Below, in pieces: positions 27,633 through 36,201 of a DNA stretch of 64,000 nt. The notes under the pieces are model-generated. The model had not been told where the DNA came from. It did not search any database and saw only the letters and a program-made list of their open reading frames with translations. How positions within the stretch are numbered: the stretch's first letter is position 1; each line of letters opens with the position of its first letter. The position numbers and the translations under genes are program-made. Where the stretch lies: the NCBI GenBank assembly GCA_040005635.1, contig JBDTYM010000005.1, positions 5,477 through 69,476 on the forward strand. Reading direction: 5' to 3'. The stretch comes from Dokdonella sp. (GTDB taxonomy: Bacteria > Pseudomonadota > Gammaproteobacteria > Xanthomonadales > Rhodanobacteraceae).

Positions 27633-29377
27633 ACGTCGAGCTCGCCGTGTGGCTGCCGTGGATCCAGGCGCTGGGATGGACTCTGCTGCATTTCATATGG
27701 CAGGGATTGGCGATCGGGGCGGCCTTCGCGGCCGTTCGACTTCTGATCCCGCGAGCACATTGCAATGCCCGCTATACAACGGGCCTCCTCGCTCTGACGG
27801 CGATGACCTGTTGGCCGATTGCGACTTTCCTTGCGATGCGTCCATGGAGCGTCGGCGATCCCGGCGCGATCGCGGCTGCAGTCTCGTCGACCGCAGCGCT
27901 TTCAGCCGTTGTCGACGTCGCCGGGCCCAGTCTCGCGGTTTGGATCGACGCCGCGACGCCTTGGCTGGTGCTGCTGTGGGGAGCCGGCGTGCTGGCAATG
28001 AGCGGCCGAGTGATGTGGCAGTGGCGCACGTTGATGAGCCTCGCGCAACGCTGGGCGCAATCGAGCGCCGAACTCGATGAGATTGTGCTGTCGTTGAAGA
28101 AACGTTTCGGCATCCTGCAGCGCGTGCGCGTGCTGGTGTCGGAACGGGTCGATACGCCGATGCTGGTGGGATGGCTGAGGCCGGTGGTATTGCTGCCTGC
28201 GGCGGTCGCGCTAGGATTTCCGCGGCAACAAATCGAATTGATCCTCGCGCATGAGTTATGTCACCTGCGGCGCCACGATCATCTGGTGAACTTTGCCCAG
28301 GTGCTCGTCGAAACTTTGTTCTTCTACCATCCGGTCGTGCATTGGATTTCGCGCGAGGTCCGCAACGAGCGTGAGCTTTGCTGCGACCGATTGGTGCTTG
28401 GTTCAGCCGTTGGCGCGCCGCGTGACTACGCACACGCCCTGGCGTCGCTGGAAGAGCTGCGCCAGACATCGGGCGGGCTGGCGCTGGCTGCGACCGGCGG
28501 CGAGCTGCTGGAACGCGTTCGCCGCATCGTCGGAATGCCGGCGACGCGTCTGGCCGCGGTCGACGCGCATGGCCCTGGACGCTGGTTGTTGATCGTTGCG
28601 GTGCTGGGCATGACGTTGGCGACCGCCCTGCGTATCGATCGCAACAGCGATGCCGTGCTGTTGGGAACCCGGCCGCCCGTCGATTGGTTGCAACCGCCGC
28701 CGGCGCTGACCTTGGCCGTAGCCACGCTTGCCTTCGACCCGCCCCGTCTGCGGCTGGCGGCGATCCCGACGCCACTATTGAAAGAAGCATTGTCGAACAA
28801 ATCCGCGCCCGCGCCCGCCGTCGCGACGGGTGTGCGGGAGACGCAAGAGCTTCGAGGCGTGAGCGCGCCGCCGCAGGTACAGGCGAATCCCGTAACGCCG
28901 TCAACGGCGGCAAGTCCTGCCGTGGTGAATGATCACGTTGAAGCAACCGTCGCGTCGCCGATCGAACCGGTATCGCCGCGGCAGTCAGCGCCTGCGCCGG
29001 TCGAGCCAGCCAAACCTGTCGCCCTCCGTGCAGTCACGCCGTCGTTTCCGGGGTTTTCGCGACACGCGCCCGCGCGCGTCGATGCAAGCTTCAGCATAGG
29101 CGCCGACGGGTCCGTGCGTGACATCCGTATCAGCGACGGCGGTGCGGACAATACATTTGCGCACGCGGCAGAACGAGCTCTGCGGCAATGGCGTTTTGAT
29201 CCTGCCACGGTCTCGAGCGATCACTCGACGCGCTACACCCAGACATTCGTGTTCGAACCGAGAGAGGCAGCCAACCGCGACAGCTGCGTCCAACTCACCG
29301 GTTCGCACATCTGCCGCGACGTAGGCGAAGGCATGGAAGCCAAGGTTTACGGCGCGCAGCAGCCCGGCGGCGGTTAA
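27629..29377 (+). CDS. BlaR1/MecR1-type M56 peptidase with a C-terminal TonB_C-like domain
   Basis: LLHFIWQG, HELCH zinc motif, FFYHP, ERELCCD; C-terminal FSIGADGSV..AAERALRQWRF.P; ATGA overlap with blaI. Confidence 0.88.
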   Translation: MNVELAVWLPWIQALGWTLLHFIWQGLAIGAAFAAVRLLIPRAHCNARYTTGLLALTAMTCWPIATFLAMRPWSVGDPGAIAAAVSSTAALSAVVDVAGPSLAVWIDAATPWLVLLWGAGVLAMSGRVMWQWRTLMSLAQRWAQSSAELDEIVLSLKKRFGILQRVRVLVSERVDTPMLVGWLRPVVLLPAAVALGFPRQQIELILAHELCHLRRHDHLVNFAQVLVETLFFYHPVVHWISREVRNERELCCDRLVLGSAVGAPRDYAHALASLEELRQTSGGLALAATGGELLERVRRIVGMPATRLAAVDAHGPGRWLLIVAVLGMTLATALRIDRNSDAVLLGTRPPVDWLQPPPALTLAVATLAFDPPRLRLAAIPTPLLKEALSNKSAPAPAVATGVRETQELRGVSAPPQVQANPVTPSTAASPAVVNDHVEATVASPIEPVSPRQSAPAPVEPAKPVALRAVTPSFPGFSRHAPARVDASFSIGADGSVRDIRISDGGADNTFAHAAERALRQWRFDPATVSSDHSTRYTQTFVFEPREAANRDSCVQLTGSHICRDVGEGMEAKVYGAQQPGGG

Positions 29378-29394
29378 CGCAAGACTCAGAAGGA

Positions 29395-29428
29395 CTTAAC
29401 GAAGCTTTAATCAGCGCCTGCCTATATT
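29395..29428 (+). promoter_or_regulatory. OmpR-family direct-repeat box plus -10 element
   Basis: CTTAA-N6-TTTAA (29395-29410, 11-bp period) at the -35 position; TATATT at 29423-29428. Confidence 0.5.
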
Positions 29429-29434
29429 GATTGC

Positions 29435-29560
29435 ACTGTAGTTTGCTCGACACTCCTAAGTCAGGTCAGGTGACTGGCAGATTACGGTAATCGGGGCAGT
29501 AGCTTTTTGGCCCAAGCGAGGTGTGTTCCCCCAATGACACCTCCTTGGGCCATTTTCTTT
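29435..29560 (+). ncRNA. Candidate sRNA or structured leader with a C-rich loop and terminator; 5' end approximate
   Basis: AT-rich intergenic region; hairpin TGGCCCAAG-c-GAGGTGT [GTTCCCCCAATG] ACACCTC-CTTGGGCCA followed by TTTTCTTT. Confidence 0.5.
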
Positions 29561-29637
29561 GCGGGCGCAGTCCCGCCCGAGCCACCCCACGACGAATTCC
29601 CTCCGCAGCAAAGGACTTCCGCGTAAGCTAGCGGCCC

Positions 29638-30324
29638 ATGCGTATTCTGGTCATTGAAGACAACAGCGACATCGCCGCCAACATCGGCGACTTCCTCGCC
29701 GACAAAGGACATGTAGTCGATTTCGCCGGTGACGGCGTCACCGGGCTGCATCTGGCCGTCGTCAACGACTTCGACGTAATAGTGCTCGATCTCGGCCTGC
29801 CCGGCATGGACGGGTTGGAGGTATGTCGCAAGCTGCGACAGGAAGCGAAGCGGCAGACTCCGGTCATGATGCTCACGGCGCGTGACACGCTGGACAACAA
29901 GCTGACAGGCTTCGACTCCGGTGCCGACGACTACATGGTCAAGCCGTTCGCGCTGCAGGAACTCGCTGCGCGTCTCGAAGTGCTCGGTCGTCGTGGCAAG
30001 GGCAACAAAAGCCGTCTGCTGCAGCTGGCCGATCTCACCTACAACCTCGACACGCTGACGATCAGCCGTGCCGGCAAGCAGATTCAGCTCAATCCGATTG
30101 GCCTGAAATTGCTGCAGTCGTTGATGGAGGCCGCGCCGTCGGTCGTCACGCGACAGGAACTCGAGACACGCGTGTGGGGCGAGGAACTGCCAGACAGCGA
30201 CTCGCTGCGCGTGCATATCCATGGCCTGCGCGCGGCCATCGACAAACCGTTCGAGAAGGCGTTGATCCAGACGCGCCACGGCATCGGCTACCGCATGGTC
30301 GATCCGGATGCGTTACCGACGTAG
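29638..30324 (+). CDS. OmpR-family response regulator (ColR-like)
   Basis: ILVIED, LDLGLP, LTARD, KPF, winged-helix C-terminus. Confidence 0.93.
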   Translation: MRILVIEDNSDIAANIGDFLADKGHVVDFAGDGVTGLHLAVVNDFDVIVLDLGLPGMDGLEVCRKLRQEAKRQTPVMMLTARDTLDNKLTGFDSGADDYMVKPFALQELAARLEVLGRRGKGNKSRLLQLADLTYNLDTLTISRAGKQIQLNPIGLKLLQSLMEAAPSVVTRQELETRVWGEELPDSDSLRVHIHGLRAAIDKPFEKALIQTRHGIGYRMVDPDALPT

Positions 30325-31606
30325 GCTCCGCAGCCGCATCATCATTTCGTTTGCGCTGTTCGGACTCGGTTTGACGGCCGTGTTCGCGATCAGTGCGGTG
30401 TTGTTGCGCGACTGGCTGGAAGACAAGCTGATCGGCGAGGCGCTGCTCAAGAACGTCGCCGATTATTCGCAGCAGTTCTATGCCGATCCCAGCCAGGATC
30501 TGCTCAAATTCCAGAAGATCCAGGGCTTTCTGTACAGCGAGCGCAAGTTCGCCAATGTTCCGTTCGCCTGGCGCGATCTTCCGAACGGGGTCTATGACTT
30601 CAACGAGCCGGACGGAAAAGGCGGCCGCGACGTTTACAAGCTGGCCGTTCGCAAGGACGAACACTATTGGTTCTTCCTTCAATACGACACTGCGCAGGAG
30701 AAACATGCTCAGCGGTTGCTGTTAGGGGGGTTGGTACTGGCCGTCCTCGCCTTCTCGATCCTGTCGCTGGTGATTGGCGGCTGGCTGTCGGCCCGCGTGA
30801 TGAGTCCGGTGATCGATCTGGCGCGGCGAGTCCAGGCGATGAGCCGTAGCGGCAAGCCTGAGCCGCTGCAACAGCATTTCGCCAACGACGAGGTGGGACA
30901 GCTGGCCGCAACCCTCGACGACTATTCCGGCCGCCTCACCGAAATGGTTCAGCGCGACCGCGAGTTCAACGCCGATGTCAGCCACGAGCTGCGCACGCCG
31001 CTGGCAGTCATCGCGAGCACGACTGAACTGCTGCAGGCGTCGCCCGAACTCACCGACAAGTTGCGCGAACGGTTGAAGCGCATCGAGCGCGCGGTACGCC
31101 AGTCGACCGAGTTGATCGACGCACTGTTGCTGCTGTCACGACGCGAGCGGCAGGCCCCGACCGATGGTGAAACCACCGACGTCGCCAAGGTCGTCGAGCA
31201 GGTCGTCGACGCGCAGCGGCCGCACATCAACAACAAGCCGGTGCAGGTGCGCGTGGAAATCGAGGAGCCGCTCGCTGCCGCGGCGCCGTCGTCGGTCGTC
31301 GCAGTAGCGCTGAGCAACCTGATCGGCAACGCGTTCAAGTACACCCAGGCCGGCGAAGTCATCGTCAGCGTCGGCCACGGTCGCGTGACCATCGAGGACA
31401 CAGGCCCCGGCATCAAGCCGGAGGATGCCGACAAACTCTTCGAACGCGGCGTTCGCGGCACCACGATCGGCAAGGGCGGCGGTCTCGGCCTCGCGATCGT
31501 TCGGCGTTTGTGCGAACTGTATGGCTGGGAAGTATCGCTTGCACCGCGACCGCAAGGTGGAGCGACCGCGACGCTTGATTTTGGCCGGCAGGGCTATCCG
31601 AGCTGA
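30308..31606 (+). CDS. HAMP sensor histidine kinase (ColS-like)
   Basis: Two TMs, DVSHELRTP, NAFKY, DTGPG, GLGL. Confidence 0.93.
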   Translation: MRYRRRLRSRIIISFALFGLGLTAVFAISAVLLRDWLEDKLIGEALLKNVADYSQQFYADPSQDLLKFQKIQGFLYSERKFANVPFAWRDLPNGVYDFNEPDGKGGRDVYKLAVRKDEHYWFFLQYDTAQEKHAQRLLLGGLVLAVLAFSILSLVIGGWLSARVMSPVIDLARRVQAMSRSGKPEPLQQHFANDEVGQLAATLDDYSGRLTEMVQRDREFNADVSHELRTPLAVIASTTELLQASPELTDKLRERLKRIERAVRQSTELIDALLLLSRRERQAPTDGETTDVAKVVEQVVDAQRPHINNKPVQVRVEIEEPLAAAAPSSVVAVALSNLIGNAFKYTQAGEVIVSVGHGRVTIEDTGPGIKPEDADKLFERGVRGTTIGKGGGLGLAIVRRLCELYGWEVSLAPRPQGGATATLDFGRQGYPS

Positions 31607-31673
31607 AGCGGCATCCGAGAGCTCCAGCTTTCGACGAGATCCAGACGAGTAACAGGGGCGCCGGCGTCCCCGA

Positions 31674-32597
31674 TCAGCCTGCCACCGGCTCCAGCCAGCC
31701 CCAGCGATCCTCGGTGCGACCGTCGAACAGGCCGAAGAACAATTCCTGCATGCGCGCGGTGACGGGTCCCGGTTTGCCCGTACCGACCGGCTTGCCGTCG
31801 ACCGAGCGAATCGGCGTGATCTCCGCTGCCGTGCCGCACATGAAGAGTTCGTCGCACAGATAGAGGTATTCGCGCGGCAGGTCGCGTTCGCTGACTTCGA
31901 TACCAACGTTGCGTGCCAGCGTGATCAGCGTGTTGCGCGTAATGCCGTTGAGCAGCGCAGCGCTGACCGGCGTGGTGTGCAGCGCGCCGTCGATCACGAG
32001 AAACAGGTTCTCGCCAGCGCCTTCACTGAGCAAGCCGGTCGAAGCAAGCGCGATGCCTTCGCCGAAACCGAGTCGGCGCGCTTCGCGCGCAACCAGCTGG
32101 CCGGACAAATAATTGCCGCCAGCTTTGGCGCCAGCCGGGATCGTATTAGGTGCGAAACGCTGCCAGCTCGATACGCAGGCGTCGATTCCTTGTTCGAGCA
32201 CACCGGCACCGAGGTAGGGCCCCATTTCCCACGCCGCGACGGCGACATCGATCGGCGTCTCCGCGGACAATCCGAAGCCGCCCAGACCGCGAAATGCGAC
32301 CGGGCGAAGATAGGCCTTGGTCAGGCCATTCGCCCGGATTACTTCGCGGCAGGCTGCGCTGATCTCGGCGAGCGAATAGGGAATCGCCATGTCGTAGATC
32401 TTCGCCGACGCGAACAGGCGTTTGATGTGATCGGTCAGGCGGAAAATCGCCGGACCCTTCGGAGTCTCGTAGCTGCGGATGCCTTCGAACACCGACGAGC
32501 CGTAGTGCAGCGCATGCGCCATCACATGCACGGTCGCCTCGGCCCAGGGTTTGATGCGGCCGTTCTGCCAGATATGTTCGGGATACTGCTGCGCCAT
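31674..32597 (-). CDS. ilvE: Branched-chain amino acid aminotransferase
   Basis: LHYGSSVFEGIR, AKAGGNY, EGAGENLF, GITR, GTAAE. Confidence 0.95.
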   Translation of the reverse strand: MAQQYPEHIWQNGRIKPWAEATVHVMAHALHYGSSVFEGIRSYETPKGPAIFRLTDHIKRLFASAKIYDMAIPYSLAEISAACREVIRANGLTKAYLRPVAFRGLGGFGLSAETPIDVAVAAWEMGPYLGAGVLEQGIDACVSSWQRFAPNTIPAGAKAGGNYLSGQLVAREARRLGFGEGIALASTGLLSEGAGENLFLVIDGALHTTPVSAALLNGITRNTLITLARNVGIEVSERDLPREYLYLCDELFMCGTAAEITPIRSVDGKPVGTGKPGPVTARMQELFFGLFDGRTEDRWGWLEPVAG

Positions 32598-32652
32598 GTG
32601 CGGGTCCGCCGGAAGAAAAAGCGCGACATGATAACAGTCGCGATGCTACGGC

Positions 32653-33177
32653 CTACCAGGTCAGCCAGAAGCAGCCGGTGCCGGCGCTGACGACGAAGGT
32701 GTGTTCGCGCACACCGCCGCTTTCGCTGCTGCCGGTACGTACGCGCAACGCATTGCTGCTCGCGTTTTCTTCGCTCGTGGCATCGGCCGCATCGATGCCT
32801 AGCAGTGGGCGCTGCGTGAGTTCGCCGAGTTCGCGCAGACGTGACTTCGCCACCCCGCCGCCGACGCCACTCCAGCGAAGCAGGCCGGCGAGCGCGTTTG
32901 CGTCGCGCCGTCCGACCGCGATCGAGATGCGGTCACGCAACTCGTCGCGGGAAGCGGGACAGGTGCTCGGAAACGCCGCCGGCATGTCTGTCCCGGCTGC
33001 GGCTTTGGCGACGAGGTCGGTGGCTCCGTTTTCAACGCACGGCAGGCCCGAGAAGACGATTTCGCCGTGCTGCCCCACGCAGCGGTGCACCTGCTGTCCG
33101 CTGCCCTCCTGCGCGGCCAACATGGGCATCAGGCCGAGGCCGAAGAGTCCGATTGGCAGGAGTGCAAGACGTCGCAT
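32653..33177 (-). CDS. Hypothetical exported protein (DUF4124-like N-terminus)
   Basis: Signal peptide, then VHRC..HGEIVFS..PC. Confidence 0.65.
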   Translation of the reverse strand: MRRLALLPIGLFGLGLMPMLAAQEGSGQQVHRCVGQHGEIVFSGLPCVENGATDLVAKAAAGTDMPAAFPSTCPASRDELRDRISIAVGRRDANALAGLLRWSGVGGGVAKSRLRELGELTQRPLLGIDAADATSEENASSNALRVRTGSSESGGVREHTFVVSAGTGCFWLTW

Positions 33178-33213
33178 GCGCACGAGGCTAGCATCATCCG
33201 GTCGCAAGACGCC

Positions 33214-34059
33214 TCAGCCCGCGGCGAGCCGCTCGTAGACTGCCAGCGTGGCCTTCGCGCGATTCAAGGTATAGAAATGCAGGCCTGGCGCGCCGCCGGC
33301 GACGAGGCGGCGGCAAAGTTCGGCAACCACGTCAGCCGAGAATTCGCGGATCGCATCGGCGTCGTCGCCGAATGCATGCAGGCGTTTGATCAGCCAGCGC
33401 GGTATCTCTGCACCGCACATGTCCGAAAAACGCCTCAGCTGGCTGAAATTCGAGATCGGCATGATGCCGGGCACGATCGTCGCGTCGATGCCGGCCGCGC
33501 GAGCGGCGTCGACGAAACGGAAATACGCGTCAGGGTTGTAGAAGTACTGCGTGATGGCGCCGTTCGCGCCCGCGTCGACCTTGGTCTTGAAATGACGCAG
33601 GTCCGCATGCGCGTCGTCCGATTGCGGATGCACTTCCGGATAGCAGGCCACTTCGATGTGGAAGTGATCGCCGGTCTCGGCGCGGATGAATGCGACCAGG
33701 TCGCTGGCATAACGGAAATCGCCGTGCGTGGCCATGCCGGAGGGCAAGTCGCCACGCAGGGCGACGACACGCCTGCAGCCCATGGCACGGTAACGCTCGA
33801 GCAGGCTGTGGATCTCCTCGCGCGTGCCGCCCATGCAGGACACGTGCGGCGCCGCGTCGAGGCCGTGCTCGTCGCGCAGATGGCGTACGGTTTCAGGCGT
33901 GTAGCTGAGTGTCGAGCCGCCGGCGCCGAACGTACAGCTGACGTAGTCGGGCTTGAGCGACTTCAGCCGTGGCAGCGCGGTTTCCAGTGCCGCTCTCTGT
34001 TCGTCGGTCTTGGGCGGAAAGAATTCGAGGCTGATCGGCGTCGTGTGGATGCTGCTCAT
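33214..34059 (-). CDS. metF: Methylenetetrahydrofolate reductase
   Basis: SLEFFPPK, TFGAGGS, ALRGD, YPEVHP, TQYFY, HFYTLN. Confidence 0.96.
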   Translation of the reverse strand: MSSIHTTPISLEFFPPKTDEQRAALETALPRLKSLKPDYVSCTFGAGGSTLSYTPETVRHLRDEHGLDAAPHVSCMGGTREEIHSLLERYRAMGCRRVVALRGDLPSGMATHGDFRYASDLVAFIRAETGDHFHIEVACYPEVHPQSDDAHADLRHFKTKVDAGANGAITQYFYNPDAYFRFVDAARAAGIDATIVPGIMPISNFSQLRRFSDMCGAEIPRWLIKRLHAFGDDADAIREFSADVVAELCRRLVAGGAPGLHFYTLNRAKATLAVYERLAAG

Positions 34060-34484
34060 GGCGATGGGTGCTCGGCTCGGTCGATTTCGTTGGAAACTTC
34101 GATCAGATTGCGGTCGGGATCTCGAAAGTAGACCGAGTGCAGCGGCGACCTTGCCCCACTGCGTTGCACCGGGCCTGCTTCCACGACGATGCCACACGCG
34201 CGCAGATGTGCGATGACCGCATCGACCGGCGTGGTCGTGATGAAGCACAGATCCGCCGATCCGCAGGTCGGCCGTGCTGCCTCGAGCGGCGCCGTTGCCA
34301 GCGCCGCCGAGTACGGTTTGATGTTGATCTTCTGAGCACCGAAAGCGAGGGCCACGCGACCCTCGCCGAATTCGACGCGGCGCATGCCGAGGACGCGCTG
34401 GTAGAACGCCAGGGTCGCGTCAACGTCAGCCGCCACCAGCACCAGGTGGTCGAGATGGTCGATCTCGACCGGCGCCTTCGTCAT
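34056..34484 (-). CDS. VOC/glyoxalase family protein
   Basis: LDHLVL, FGAQKIN, GSADLCF, SVYFRDPD.NLIE. Confidence 0.88.
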   Translation of the reverse strand: MTKAPVEIDHLDHLVLVAADVDATLAFYQRVLGMRRVEFGEGRVALAFGAQKINIKPYSAALATAPLEAARPTCGSADLCFITTTPVDAVIAHLRACGIVVEAGPVQRSGARSPLHSVYFRDPDRNLIEVSNEIDRAEHPSP

Positions 34485-34492
34485 GCCGATCC

Positions 34493-35920
<1,428 letters not shown>

Positions 35921-35937
35921 GGACAAACTCCGGATTG

Positions 35938-36025
35938 AACGGGCGCCCTTGCGATGAACCGCTGTCCCGAGCGTGGCCCCGGCGCCGATGCATTCAGGCG
36001 GAGGTCGCAGCGCCCCTCGGGACGG
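35938..36025 (-). ncRNA. SAH riboswitch
   Basis: Minus strand reads CCGAGGGGCGCTGCGAC...GCCACGCTCGG...CAAGGGCGCCC; P1 (CCGAG/CTCGG) and pseudoknot (GGGCGC/GCGCCC) directly upstream of the ahcY RBS. Confidence 0.9.
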
Positions 36026-36062
36026 GAGGGTGGAAGGCGTCGCGAGGACGCTCCGGCCGCAT

Positions 36063-36092
36063 TATATCGCTTTGTCCGGATGAAGCGATATA
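36063..36092. promoter_or_regulatory. Inverted repeat in the ahcY promoter (SahR/SamR-like operator candidate)
   Basis: TATATCGCTT-N10-AAGCGATATA. Confidence 0.55.
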
Positions 36093-36116
36093 TGCAACGC
36101 AGACACGCGGGTCGCC

Positions 36117-36145
36117 AAAAAAAAACCACCGCCCGAAGGCGGTGG
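36117..36145 (-). terminator. Rho-independent terminator
   Basis: CCACCGCC-TTCG-GGCGGTGG then T9 on the minus strand. Confidence 0.85.
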
Positions 36146-36201
36146 CTGCATCTGGGCGGCAGGCTTTCGCCCGCCGATCGTGATGTTTCAGTGTCTGCCG
36201 A

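Noticed and set aside
27237-29377. blaI/blaR as a beta-lactam resistance locus
   Set aside because: No beta-lactamase nearby and no penicillin-binding sensor domain.
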